From a virus (lineage: Duplodnaviria > Caudoviricetes): DNA of 64,000 nt. Shown piece by piece: positions 48,099-58,783 of this stretch. The notes beneath the pieces were generated by a model, which saw nothing but the letters and a program-made list of their open reading frames with translations, was not told the origin of the DNA and made no database searches. A program made the translations under genes and the position numbers. Every line of letters begins with the position of its first letter. The stretch's first letter is position 1. Location of the stretch: positions 1-64,000 of the IMG/VR virus record IMGVR_UViG_3300032320_001447, one strand, 5' to 3'.

Positions 48099-51095
48099 TT
48101 AAGCTTGAGCTTCAGTCCATGAGATACGCGATAACAAGTTGATACCTGCTGATGTTAAATTAGTTGCAGTAATAGTAAGTACATCAGGTCCATCAGGATA
48201 AATTTGAGTGTTGGCAGTTGTACCTCCTCCTCCTAAAATTGAGTTACCTAAATCACGTACTTTAGATAAATCGATGGTTGTAGTTGCTTGATTCAAGAAG
48301 AATCCAGCGGTTACTTCACCTCCGCTCAATGTAACTGCACCTCCACCGTAATCGGCAATTTGAGCAAGACTTGAGTTAACTTGACCTGCGATGTTACCTA
48401 CAGCATTTGTCCAAACGGTTGCTGCACTTGGAGTTCCATTAAGGAACGCTCTTACAAGAATAGATCCTGTAGAACTTTGGTTAACCGCCATACTATCCAA
48501 TACTAATTGCATTCTGTTTGTTAATTCTCTAGCTCCAAATGCAGATGGAAGACCGTTATCAACAGATGGTGCTACACGAATCGACATCAATGCTCTAGTA
48601 GATCCAGAAGGAAGCGCTACCGGAGATTGTTGACCGTAAGTAAATACTAATGACTTATCATCATCATATCTACCGTCCATGATAACCGAAGTTCCCCAGT
48701 GAGAAATAGTTGGTCCATAAGTTGGGTAAGCCAATTCAACCGATACAGGAGCGGATGCTGAGAACGGAAAAGTTTGTGGAGTCATTTGTCCCATTGCAAA
48801 AGCACTTACTGTAGGATTTGCTTGAGTTGCCGCTTGACTTAGCGTCATTGTAGTTCCCGATAAGTTACTAATAAAGGTTCCTTCAGGGAAAGCACTCGCG
48901 CTTATCACTCTCATTCCAACTTGTAAGCTAGAAGTAAAACCTCCAGCAAAAGTTGCAGTATTAGATCCCACTGCTATAGTTAATGGTAAAGCGTCGCTTC
49001 CAGATCTTGCTCTGATAAGATTTGTAAATGCCGTTGAACTTGTACCTTCGTAGTTTACATATTCAAAAATAGATGCACTTCTAATCATTAGAGTTCCAGA
49101 AACAGGAAATCCGTCTGTACTTGTAACGGCCATAGAAGTAGCAACGTTAGTTAGAGTAGAAGTTAATGTTGTATATGGCGCAACTGTATTACTTTCGTAT
49201 CTACCAGGCAAGTTACCAGATCTCATGTAAGCTTCTCTGTTAACGTTGTTGTTCATCATTTTATGAACGTATATAATATTACCATTAGAAGCTCTTACAC
49301 CCCAACGAATAGATCCCGCTCCATACCAACTATAGTCAATATAGAACATTTGCATTCTAGCTAAGTCTATATTATATCCAGAAGGTCCAGTGCCATCGCA
49401 TCTATCCAAATTCCACGCTGATTGAGACACTTTTGTATCTACCGTTTTAGAAACTATAACGAATGGAGAAGTAAGACCTCTGTAAGAAGGACTAATCGAC
49501 ATACTCACATCGCTTGATATGTCTAAAACCTTATATGAAGCGCCTCTAATAACAACGTAATCTCCTGGGATTAACTGCTTTGAGAATATAGTAGGAAAAG
49601 CCGTGTTTGTTTGGCTTACAAAATTAGATCCGCTAGTAACAGTAACCTCTCCAGATAATTGGAAAGTAGAATTTCTTCTTCCTATGTAAAGCTTTTGACC
49701 ATCGTAATCAAAGTAAACTCCATTTTGTTGATCGAACAGTCCTAATTTATTAGAAGCTCCAAACCAGTTAACTACTCCTACGTAAAATAATCCAGAAGCA
49801 GTTAAAGAGCTAGGCACACTTAAAGCAATATAAGTGAATGTGTTGTATCCGGTAACAGTACTAACCGTAAAAGTACCATTGTATGCAGTCTCGTTAGCCC
49901 CTGATACAGCTATAGTAGTTCCAGGTTGTATATTGTGTTGATCTTTCGTTTGAATTGTGATTGTAGTACCATTAGCGGTCATTGAATCAATCTGTAACTC
50001 CGGTCTTAGTAACGTACCTGAACTAATTTGTATGCCTTTACCTGATTGGTATCTAAAGTATCTTCTTGTTTGTCTTACGGCTTGCTCGTTATTTGCTTGA
50101 GCGTTACTAGAAAAAGATACACCTCCATCGAATGGTCTGTGTAAGAAAGATGCTTGCGGTCTCATATAAATTCTAGCTGTTGCGCCAGATACAACGCCCG
50201 TAGGAATAGCATACGCATGATAACTAAACGCAGTTGGACTAGAAATTCCAGAAACGTTGTACGATCCGTTAGGTGCGTTTGTTGTAGCTGTAGATCCTGA
50301 TATTGCTATATCATTTCCTAAAGAAAGACCGTGAGGAACGCTACATGTAACATTAATTTGAGTTCCTACGAAAGTCATTGTAGGAGCCAAACCGATATTA
50401 GCTCCAGTATATAAAGTGCCTTGGAAAACGTTTGTTTTATTTGCATCTAGTATAGAAGTAATACTAGTTGTGTTAATCGCTCTAGCCGAATACGTAAATG
50501 TGCCTGTTAATCCACCAGTTTCAATAATGTACACACCATTTGCGATACTTAGATAAGTGTCTTGAACACTGATAGGAGTTCCGTTTGCTGGTGCTACTCC
50601 TGTAGATAGCGTGATTGTAACTACTCTTGAGTTGGTAGGTATTGTAATACCACTAATATTTGAGATTTGAGTAGGCACTGCGAATGCGAATGGAACGTTA
50701 TTTGTCATTCCCAAATTTTCCCACTTGGTGATTTGAGTACCATATTCAAAGTCGGTATCAATTAAGGCTTGAGGTGTTGAAACTCTTAGCTTATCAACAG
50801 GGTCCATCAAAATTGGCTCTCCTCTAAACTCGTTTACTATTTCATCTACATAGATTTGTAAGTTGTCAGCGTTAGCTTGACCGCCTGTGTTGAATACTAA
50901 AGTAAATGTAGTTTTATCAGTTGCGCTATTATAAGATGCAGTTGCTCCTAAAGAAGCGTTTGCAAAGTTGTATATAATAACGTTTCTAGTCACATTGGTA
51001 ATCAATAATAGACTACTTAAATTGTAGTTACCATCGATAGTGATTGTTCTAGATGCTGCGACAAAGGTGTAATTTCTAACGAGTTTTTTAGCCAT
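48099..51095 (-). CDS. Large virion structural / fibre-associated protein
   Basis: MAKK start at 51095; DPVDKLRVSTPQALIDTDFEYG, RQTRRYFRYQSGKG, MFYIDYSWYGAG, ends WTEAQA. Confidence 0.7.
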   Translation of the reverse strand: MAKKLVRNYTFVAASRTITIDGNYNLSSLLLITNVTRNVIIYNFANASLGATASYNSATDKTTFTLVFNTGGQANADNLQIYVDEIVNEFRGEPILMDPVDKLRVSTPQALIDTDFEYGTQITKWENLGMTNNVPFAFAVPTQISNISGITIPTNSRVVTITLSTGVAPANGTPISVQDTYLSIANGVYIIETGGLTGTFTYSARAINTTSITSILDANKTNVFQGTLYTGANIGLAPTMTFVGTQINVTCSVPHGLSLGNDIAISGSTATTNAPNGSYNVSGISSPTAFSYHAYAIPTGVVSGATARIYMRPQASFLHRPFDGGVSFSSNAQANNEQAVRQTRRYFRYQSGKGIQISSGTLLRPELQIDSMTANGTTITIQTKDQHNIQPGTTIAVSGANETAYNGTFTVSTVTGYNTFTYIALSVPSSLTASGLFYVGVVNWFGASNKLGLFDQQNGVYFDYDGQKLYIGRRNSTFQLSGEVTVTSGSNFVSQTNTAFPTIFSKQLIPGDYVVIRGASYKVLDISSDVSMSISPSYRGLTSPFVIVSKTVDTKVSQSAWNLDRCDGTGPSGYNIDLARMQMFYIDYSWYGAGSIRWGVRASNGNIIYVHKMMNNNVNREAYMRSGNLPGRYESNTVAPYTTLTSTLTNVATSMAVTSTDGFPVSGTLMIRSASIFEYVNYEGTSSTAFTNLIRARSGSDALPLTIAVGSNTATFAGGFTSSLQVGMRVISASAFPEGTFISNLSGTTMTLSQAATQANPTVSAFAMGQMTPQTFPFSASAPVSVELAYPTYGPTISHWGTSVIMDGRYDDDKSLVFTYGQQSPVALPSGSTRALMSIRVAPSVDNGLPSAFGARELTNRMQLVLDSMAVNQSSTGSILVRAFLNGTPSAATVWTNAVGNIAGQVNSSLAQIADYGGGAVTLSGGEVTAGFFLNQATTTIDLSKVRDLGNSILGGGGTTANTQIYPDGPDVLTITATNLTSAGINLLSRISWTEAQA

Positions 51096-51108
51096 TTTGT
51101 TTTTTGTT

Positions 51109-51267
51109 TTATCCTCCGAATACGATTGAATAAGAAATAGCGTCAGATTGACTAGCAAGAGTTCCTCCAGAGGTAGCAGAGCTTCCGCTCATTGAAAGAG
51201 ATCCTGATATGATCACGCTCCCTGATATTAACATGGAACCGGAAACGATTGGACTGTCTATTATCAT
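51109..51267 (-). CDS. 52-aa mini-fibre/adapter peptide
   Basis: Not in ORF track; MIIDSPIVSGSMLISGSVIISGSLSMSGSSATSGGTLASQSDAISYSIVFGG, directly after ATATTTAT 51282-51289. Confidence 0.7.
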   Translation of the reverse strand: MIIDSPIVSGSMLISGSVIISGSLSMSGSSATSGGTLASQSDAISYSIVFGG

Positions 51268-51302
51268 CTTTTCTTTTGTTTATAAATATCTTAAGTTATT
51301 TT

Positions 51303-51974
51303 TTATATTCCGAAGCGTCCTCGTGTTGCATTAAAGTTTTGTAGTAATTCATCATTAGATAATCGTCTATTGTAAATATATACAGCATATATTCTTCCTT
51401 TATATAATCTTCCATTAAAAGTCTGAGATAAAGTGGATACAGACATCCCTCCACTTAAAGCACCAAGATAAAAGTCTTGCGTTAGTGTTCTTCCTTCAGG
51501 TACTATAAAATACCCTGAGGCATTAGTTGATAAGTTAGATTGACCATTTATCATAAAAGAAGATACATAATTTAGTTGAAAGTCATTAGAATTAGGAGCA
51601 TTAGGTGCTGCGGCTCTAAAAGTTCCACCTTCTGTTCTTAGAGAACTATCTCCAGTAACTGAGTTACAAACTAAACCTGCTAAGCCTACAATGGTAGGAT
51701 CAAACCTACCCCAAAAGCATATAGTTTGTGCTGTTACAGAGGAAAATGTAGCATAATCATTAGTACCATCAAATACAATACTCCCTCCATTATCAGAATT
51801 AAATGTAGGTCCATTTATCAATGTTCCATTATTATTATTCCCACTCATATCCTTCCACACCCCGGCATCCACTAAATCATTATATGAATTCTTAGCTGAT
51901 GCATCTAAGTACAATACTAAACTACTGTCCTTTATTATATTTGGTCCTCGCCATGTTCCACTTACTGTACTCAT
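51303..51974 (-). CDS. LamG/ConA-like domain protein (paralog 3)
   Basis: Conserved termini. Confidence 0.8.
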   Translation of the reverse strand: MSTVSGTWRGPNIIKDSSLVLYLDASAKNSYNDLVDAGVWKDMSGNNNNGTLINGPTFNSDNGGSIVFDGTNDYATFSSVTAQTICFWGRFDPTIVGLAGLVCNSVTGDSSLRTEGGTFRAAAPNAPNSNDFQLNYVSSFMINGQSNLSTNASGYFIVPEGRTLTQDFYLGALSGGMSVSTLSQTFNGRLYKGRIYAVYIYNRRLSNDELLQNFNATRGRFGI

Positions 51975-52657
51975 AGTCCAAATCTTGATTTTAGGGCGTT
52001 ATAGTTTTGGAGAACTTCGGTTGCGGTGAGGGCGCGGTTGTATATTTGGGTAGTTGCAATATTTCCTGGGAAATAAAATCCTAGACTTGATCCAAATGTT
52101 CCTATCATTAAGTTTCCTCCAGCTTGTGTAACAGTTGCTGGTATAGAAGTTGTAGAATTTTGTAAAATACCATTTAAATATATTAATGTAGAATTTAAGG
52201 ACTTATTATAAACACATATTCCTTGCCTCCAGATCCCATCATTAACTGTAATTGGAGTAGCAATATCAATTTTAGAAGGTGATCCAAAAGAAAAATTAAG
52301 TCTATTAGAGGAATCTAAACCAATCCACCAGTCAGCACCAGACCCATTATACATCCCCATCATTACTTTAACAATTCCTGTAGAAGTGGTATTAAAAAAA
52401 TAGCTTATTGTAAAAGAATCTGTAAAAGTTAATGGATTTCCACAATTAGTATACTGATTTGTTCCATTAAATGTAATACTACCGCCATTAGTTGTACTAA
52501 ATGTAGGACTATTAATTAAAGAACCACTATTATTATTCCCACTAATATCATTCCATACAGTTCCACTACCAGCATAAGAATCTTTCTTAGCCGCGTCCAA
52601 ATTTAGTACTAATCCGTCTTTGACTATACCTCCGTAATATGATATTCTTCCTGCCAT
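51971..52657 (-). CDS. LamG/ConA-like domain protein (paralog 2)
   Basis: Conserved termini; ATGA overlap with next gene. Confidence 0.8.
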   Translation of the reverse strand: MAGRISYYGGIVKDGLVLNLDAAKKDSYAGSGTVWNDISGNNNSGSLINSPTFSTTNGGSITFNGTNQYTNCGNPLTFTDSFTISYFFNTTSTGIVKVMMGMYNGSGADWWIGLDSSNRLNFSFGSPSKIDIATPITVNDGIWRQGICVYNKSLNSTLIYLNGILQNSTTSIPATVTQAGGNLMIGTFGSSLGFYFPGNIATTQIYNRALTATEVLQNYNALKSRFGL

Positions 52658-53373
52658 TATATTAAGCCGAAGCGTGTTTTTGTTGCGTTATAATTTTGTA
52701 GGATTTCTGTTGCCGTAAGTGCTCTGTTGTATATTTGAACATTAGAAATATTGGAATTGATGGAGGTAGATGGTTTGCTAAATGGTCTACATCCAACTAC
52801 TAAACTATTCATACCTATAGTACTAGTGGTATTATTTAATCTATTTGTACCTAATTGAGGATTTCCATTTAAATAAAATTGAATATACGTTGATGATATG
52901 CTAAAACATATATTAGCCCATGTTCCAAAAGGTACATTTGAAGTCATAAAATTAAATCCCCCTGAAATTGTTAATATTCCTCCTTCAAAACTACATTTTG
53001 AAAAATTTAAAGTTGCATCTGCCTGCATATCGATATTAAAGCCAGAATTATAATCATTTCCGCTTGCTCCTACTGCTCCTATAAATGCTTTGTAACCTCC
53101 TGAATTTGATAAAACTTTAACAGTCATTTGAACTGTCATATCATTTAAAGTGGTTAAATTTCCAAATTGACAAAAGTCATTAGTTCCATCAAATACAATA
53201 CTCCCACCATTAGCAGAATTAAATGTAGGTCCGTTAGTTAAAGTTCCATTATTTCCTCCTCTACTTAAATCATTCCACGCAGTTCCACTACCAGGATACG
53301 ACCTAGAATTAGCCGCATCCAAGTACAGTACTAAACCGTCTGTTACTATTTTAGGTGAATAGTTAAATCCCAT
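52657..53373 (-). CDS. LamG/ConA-like domain protein (paralog 1)
   Basis: Conserved termini. Confidence 0.8.
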   Translation of the reverse strand: MGFNYSPKIVTDGLVLYLDAANSRSYPGSGTAWNDLSRGGNNGTLTNGPTFNSANGGSIVFDGTNDFCQFGNLTTLNDMTVQMTVKVLSNSGGYKAFIGAVGASGNDYNSGFNIDMQADATLNFSKCSFEGGILTISGGFNFMTSNVPFGTWANICFSISSTYIQFYLNGNPQLGTNRLNNTTSTIGMNSLVVGCRPFSKPSTSINSNISNVQIYNRALTATEILQNYNATKTRFGLI

Positions 53374-53377
53374 AACG

Positions 53378-56300
53378 TTATATTGATCTTATGATTGCTT
53401 TTACTGTCCATCCACTACCTGTAGTTACAGATCCTGTTACTACCATATTACCGCCTGATATTGATGCGGCCAAAGTTAATAATGAAGTATTTCCAAAGTC
53501 TGTTGTTGAGTTGTCCATATAGTTCACGCTCGATCCTGACCAAATAGCTGCAAATACACCTGCTCTAGCGCTCGAGCCTGATTTTGCTGTGTAGTCTACA
53601 AACACGCCATCGTAAGATGCTGTTGGTACTGCGTATATTACAAAGCTACCGCTATTAGTAGTTGTAATTTTGTTTGTTGTATTTAATGCTGGTGCTAAGT
53701 AATTGCCTACTAGTGTTGTATTGTCTGAGAATACTTCTAGTATTGGTAAACCTGATAAATCGTTTACGCTGAATAGAGATCCTGATAAACTATCTGTTAC
53801 TGAGAACAACTCACCTTGTGAACCTTGAACTGTAAATATTGGTTGCGCTGAACCTGAACCTACAACAACTAATCTTTGCGTTCCTGAGCCTGAGATTAAA
53901 ATTGCAGAGCCTGTGATAGTGCCTGTTGCGTTTAGAGAACCAGTTATTATTGCGTTTCCTCTTAAAGTTAAACTACCGGTGATGTTAACAGAGCCGGTCA
54001 TCGTTTGTCTGTCTGTTAATTGACTTCCGAAGATGTTAGAACCAGAACTATAAATAATAGAGCTTGTAATGGTTTGTACTACTAGAGTTTGCGCAGTTAG
54101 AGTTCCAGTTGTGGTGATATTCCCAGTAGAAGTAATACTGCCGGTTACTCCTAAGCTACCCGTAATTTGAGCTGATCCTGTAAAAGGAAATCCAATTCCA
54201 GATGCTCCTCCTAATAAGAAAGAGGCAGTTAATGCATACGAAGAACTTATAGCAGAAGATGCTGTGAATGCATAAGAACTAGAAACAGCATTTAATACGT
54301 AGCTTGCAGAAACGGCTTGTGATGCAGTTCCTATTAAAGATCCACTTAATACGCCTTGATAAGAACCTGAGAAAGATCCACTAAATGTGCCCGTTCCTGA
54401 TAATGCGAATGATGCAGTTATAGCAGTGTTTGCGATAACAGCACTAGTAACTACTGAGGAAGAGTAACCTCCTTTAGAAGCAACCGCAATACCAGTAGTT
54501 GGACTAGAGAAGTAAATTAACGCAGAAGCCGTATCAACCGCTTGTATTCTTTGAGGAACAATAACGCTATTCGTATTATCGTAGATCGTAAATACTGGAT
54601 ATTGTGTTTGTAAGAAGTGATTAAAAGACCAAGTAAATGCAGCCGAGGCCGTTTGATATAGTATAGCGCTTGCATCTCCGCCTAAAGCATAAGAAGCCGT
54701 TAAAGCTTGAGATGCCGTTCCGAATAGAGAGCCTGTAAGATTAGTAGCAGTTACGCGTCCAATAATAGTTGCGGAACCAGAAACGTTCAAGCTACCGGTC
54801 ATCGTTTGTGTGTTCGCTGTGCTATTACCGAATATGTTACTACCCGAACTGTATACTACAGATGAGCTAATTGTGCTTACTATTAAAGTTTGGGCAGTTA
54901 AAGTACCGGTGGTAGTAATGTTTCCTGTAGAATTGATACTGCCAGTTACTCCTAATGATCCTGTAATTTGAGTAGAACCTGATACTGTTAAATTTCCTGA
55001 TCCGTTTGTTTGAACTCTTCCGTTATCAAATGAAACTCTTCCTCTTGTTGCGATAGCATTACCCGCTCCTCCCATTTTTAAATCGTAAGCAACACCTCCA
55101 AAAGGATCTACGTAAGATCCATTCGCAATATTCACTTCACCATTAACTGCTAATGCTGCGCCGAATGCAGATCCTGTCGTAATATCAACGGTATAAGTAG
55201 TAGCTGTAAAACCGCTGCCTCCATTAATTAATAAGGCTTTGGTAGAATCATTAATGTTTAATCTTCCAAACATCGTTGTTGAACCAGTTATACTCGTAGA
55301 ACCAGTTACTCCAAGACTTCCAGTAATTTGAGCTGAACCCGTAAAAGGAAATGGAGAAACATATCCAAGTAAAAAAGAAGCCGTTAATGCGTAAGACGAA
55401 CTTATAGCAGAACTAGCTGTAAATGCATAAGACGCTGATGTAGCTATTAAAGAAGCGGACGCTCTAACAGCACTAGACGCTGTAAAAGCAAAACTAGCGC
55501 TAACAGCTTGGAATGCATTAGTTGCGCTAGATGCGGTGTAAGCGTAAGATGCAGAAGTAACCGATCCAGTTATGAAGTTAGTTGCCCAACTAGCAGTGCC
55601 AAATAAAGAGCCAGTTAAATCGTTGATAGTGCCTCTACCGACTAATGATAAACTTCCAGAAATATTTACAGATCCAGTAAATGTTTGAGTGTTCGCTGTG
55701 CTATTACCAAAAATATTCGACCCTGAACTAAACACAACCGAAGAACTAATGGTAGTTACTACTAACGTTTGAGCAGTTAAAGTACCGTTAATTAATGCAG
55801 CTGATGCTGTTATTGCGCCTAAAATATTTTGACTTCCAGTGAATATATTAGAACCGGTAGTTGCGTAAGTGCGTTCAATTTGAGTAACACGAGTTGAGAA
55901 AGATCCTGATGCTGCTACTAAATTTGACGAAGTAATCTCAGTATTAGTTGTTCTAGTAGAGAAAGATCCTGAAGCAGTCTCTAAGTTAGTAAGTCTAGTT
56001 GAAATAGAACCAGATCCTAAATAATTAACTGCAAATGATGCGCTTATAGCTGAGCTAGCAGTAAATGCGTAAGAAGCAGATGTGGCTTGAGATGCGCTAG
56101 TTGCAGTTTGCGCATTACCAATTAAATTAGCGGTTAGTGTAGATTGATTCTCCCATTTAGCGGATGTGCTATTGTAAACTAAAGGTTGACCGTTTGTTGG
56201 ACCTGATATGTTTACGTCTGATAGACCTGCTAATGTTTGAGTTACTACCGATCCTCCGCCTCCTGATCCTCCTACTTGTCTAAATAGTCCTCCAGGCTGT

Positions 56301-58693
56301 ATTTTGTATGAATCTGGGTTTGTAAAATTTGCATTGTTTCTTACTACTATAGCGCCAAGATAAATTGCATTGGCCGCTGTATTTGGTGCCTCAACAAATG
56401 ATTCAAAAGCGATATTTGCAATAGCTTCTACTTCCGTAGCGTAAGTTGCATTACCATAATAAACAACTATAGCTTTTGCTACGGAATTTGGGAAATAAAA
56501 TACACGTTGAATAGAAAATTGTCTATTTGATCCTCCTCCTGGTACTGCTGTTAGTACGCCGTTGTTTGAATATTGTGTTGGGTCAATTGCTGTATAACCA
56601 GCACCTGCGTTTGTATCATATACCCAAGTAGAACCTGACTGTCTGTATCTGAATATTTTAGATACGTTAGTTCCACTATCAGTTGTGTAGGACGGATTAT
56701 TTGGATCTACTGAATAGTTAGAGCCAGGTGAGTAAGCAGTACCGCTTGCTACTACTAAACTACCGGTTGAAGATCCGCTTGGCGCTAAAGTATAGCCTGA
56801 TAATTTTAAAGGTCCAAATGCTCTATTAAATACGTTTTGTTGCTGTTCAAAACCGTATGCTACAGAAGGCTGTGTTTTGACGCCATTAATTGTAGATTGA
56901 TTTTGAAATAAGACTACACCTATATTAATTTCTGTATCATACTGACCTGCCGCATAAGGTGTGCCTTGTTGGTAAATATTACCAGTAGAATCAATGGATA
57001 CAAACGCTTGTTGATAAGACGCAGTTAATGGCGCAATACTTTGTGATAAGTTACCCCAATTTAAGTATTGTATAGTTGGGTACGGATTGTCATTTAAACT
57101 TGCATTTAAATCAACAATAATACCGCTACCGCTTGACACTTGGTAAACTGTAGAAGATTGGGAAGTAATTACGCCCCCATTTAATAGTCCAGTGTATAAG
57201 TTTCCTTCAAGCCATCTTAAACGAGTTACGTTATTATAGCCTTTACTGTTTTGACTAAAGTATAAATCTTGAGTAGATCCTGATACGAAAATGTAAGACG
57301 CAGATATACTAGTGTCTATATTAGTAGTAACTGGAAGATATCTGGTATAGCCTGTTTGATTAACGTCTCCAAATATATTAATTGTAGGAGAGACGCCTTG
57401 AGATCCTGATATTGTTAAACTTCCAGATAAACTAGTATTACCAAATAAATTATTTGTACCTACTTGAGTAGTAGATCCAGATACATTTAAGCTACCGGTT
57501 AAAGTAAGAGTTTGTCTTAATGGATTTACAAAAGATGCTGTCTGCGCGACTGATGCTGATGTAGCACTAGATGCAGTAAATGCATAAGATGCAGAAGTGG
57601 CTTGTGAAGAGGTTCCGAATAGAGAACCTGTAACTGAGCCTGATAAAGATCCAGTGATACTTCCAAGTACAGCTAAAGATCCTGTTATATTGTGAGAATC
57701 TGTTATTAAGTTACCTAGTTTCGTTCCTGTATTAGTGACTTGGAATTCTATTCCACTGCCTGTTACAATAGTGAAGCTACCAGATATAAGTACAGGTTGG
57801 ACTAAAGTATTAACAGATGAGGCAGTGGAAGCAAAAGAAGAGCTAATAGCAGAACTTGCTGTGAATGCGTAACTAGCAGAAGTAACCGATCCAGTTATGA
57901 AGTTAGTTGCCCAACTAGCAGTGCCAAATAAAGATCCGGTAAGATCGTTGATAGTGCCTCTACCATTTAATGTTAAACTTCCAGAAATATTTACAGATCC
58001 AGTAAAAGTTTGAGTATTTGCGGTGCTATTACCGAACACATTACTGCCAGAACTAAACACAACTGAAGAGCTAACCGTAGTTACTACTAACGTTTGAGCA
58101 GTTAAAGTACCATTAATCAATGCAGCTGACGCTGTTATTGCTCCTAAAATATTTTGACTTCCAGTGAATATATTCGAACCGGTAGTTGCATAAGTTCTTT
58201 CAATCTGTGTAACTCTTGTTGAGAAAGACCCTGATGCTGCAACTAGGTTAGAAGCAGTCGTTTCTGTGTTAGTTACTCTAGCTGATAACGAAGAGCTATC
58301 ACTTGTAATTCTTGTTGAGAAAGATGCGCTATCGTTGGTAATTCCAGTAGAAAAAGAAGCGCTAGCGGCAACTAAATTAGAAGAAGTAGCTTCTGTATTG
58401 GTTACACGAGTAGAGAACGAGCCAGACGCAGCTACTAAAAGTGAAGACGTGGCTTCTTCGTTAGTAAGTCTTGTAGATATAGAGCCTGAGCCTAGGTAAT
58501 TAACGGCGAATGATGCACTAATAGCTGAAGATGCAGTAAATGCGTAAGAAGAAGAAACTGCCTGACTCGCTGTGCCGAATAAAGAACCCGTAAAAGAGCC
58601 TTTAAAGCTACTAGCGCTGACGAACGTATCTATTGTTGCGGAGCTAAAACTGGCGTCAGATCCAGAAGCTACCACTTTTTTCCATGATGGCAT
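53378..58693 (-). CDS. Giant Ser/Thr/Gly/Ala-rich fibre protein (1771 aa)
   Basis: Same repeat modules as the 1885-aa fibre, plus a ~380-aa non-repetitive central domain. Confidence 0.8.
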   Translation of the reverse strand: MPSWKKVVASGSDASFSSATIDTFVSASSFKGSFTGSLFGTASQAVSSSYAFTASSAISASFAVNYLGSGSISTRLTNEEATSSLLVAASGSFSTRVTNTEATSSNLVAASASFSTGITNDSASFSTRITSDSSSLSARVTNTETTASNLVAASGSFSTRVTQIERTYATTGSNIFTGSQNILGAITASAALINGTLTAQTLVVTTVSSSVVFSSGSNVFGNSTANTQTFTGSVNISGSLTLNGRGTINDLTGSLFGTASWATNFITGSVTSASYAFTASSAISSSFASTASSVNTLVQPVLISGSFTIVTGSGIEFQVTNTGTKLGNLITDSHNITGSLAVLGSITGSLSGSVTGSLFGTSSQATSASYAFTASSATSASVAQTASFVNPLRQTLTLTGSLNVSGSTTQVGTNNLFGNTSLSGSLTISGSQGVSPTINIFGDVNQTGYTRYLPVTTNIDTSISASYIFVSGSTQDLYFSQNSKGYNNVTRLRWLEGNLYTGLLNGGVITSQSSTVYQVSSGSGIIVDLNASLNDNPYPTIQYLNWGNLSQSIAPLTASYQQAFVSIDSTGNIYQQGTPYAAGQYDTEINIGVVLFQNQSTINGVKTQPSVAYGFEQQQNVFNRAFGPLKLSGYTLAPSGSSTGSLVVASGTAYSPGSNYSVDPNNPSYTTDSGTNVSKIFRYRQSGSTWVYDTNAGAGYTAIDPTQYSNNGVLTAVPGGGSNRQFSIQRVFYFPNSVAKAIVVYYGNATYATEVEAIANIAFESFVEAPNTAANAIYLGAIVVRNNANFTNPDSYKIQPGGLFRQVGGSGGGGSVVTQTLAGLSDVNISGPTNGQPLVYNSTSAKWENQSTLTANLIGNAQTATSASQATSASYAFTASSAISASFAVNYLGSGSISTRLTNLETASGSFSTRTTNTEITSSNLVAASGSFSTRVTQIERTYATTGSNIFTGSQNILGAITASAALINGTLTAQTLVVTTISSSVVFSSGSNIFGNSTANTQTFTGSVNISGSLSLVGRGTINDLTGSLFGTASWATNFITGSVTSASYAYTASSATNAFQAVSASFAFTASSAVRASASLIATSASYAFTASSAISSSYALTASFLLGYVSPFPFTGSAQITGSLGVTGSTSITGSTTMFGRLNINDSTKALLINGGSGFTATTYTVDITTGSAFGAALAVNGEVNIANGSYVDPFGGVAYDLKMGGAGNAIATRGRVSFDNGRVQTNGSGNLTVSGSTQITGSLGVTGSINSTGNITTTGTLTAQTLIVSTISSSVVYSSGSNIFGNSTANTQTMTGSLNVSGSATIIGRVTATNLTGSLFGTASQALTASYALGGDASAILYQTASAAFTWSFNHFLQTQYPVFTIYDNTNSVIVPQRIQAVDTASALIYFSSPTTGIAVASKGGYSSSVVTSAVIANTAITASFALSGTGTFSGSFSGSYQGVLSGSLIGTASQAVSASYVLNAVSSSYAFTASSAISSSYALTASFLLGGASGIGFPFTGSAQITGSLGVTGSITSTGNITTTGTLTAQTLVVQTITSSIIYSSGSNIFGSQLTDRQTMTGSVNITGSLTLRGNAIITGSLNATGTITGSAILISGSGTQRLVVVGSGSAQPIFTVQGSQGELFSVTDSLSGSLFSVNDLSGLPILEVFSDNTTLVGNYLAPALNTTNKITTTNSGSFVIYAVPTASYDGVFVDYTAKSGSSARAGVFAAIWSGSSVNYMDNSTTDFGNTSLLTLAASISGGNMVVTGSVTTGSGWTVKAIIRSI

Positions 58694-58702
58694 ATTTTCT
58701 TC

Positions 58703-58783
58703 TAATTACGGTTGGTTACAGTTAATACTGCCCACTTCCACTTTCGTGGCCAATAAGTAGATTCTATTACTAGAAACTAATTA
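58703..58783 (-). ncRNA. Candidate structured cis-regulatory leader RNA
   Basis: Hairpins TTCTA-GTAA-TAGAA, CCAC-GAAA-GTGG and CAGT-ATTA-ACTG; possible CTACTT/AAGTGG and TTGG/CCAA pairings. Confidence 0.5.

Noticed and set aside
37641-53373. Diversity-generating retroelement acting on LamG genes, with the A-rich scar at 46373-46441 as template repeat
   Set aside because: No reverse transcriptase in the window; the scar is short and covers the conserved, not the variable, part; paralog differences are not adenine-specific
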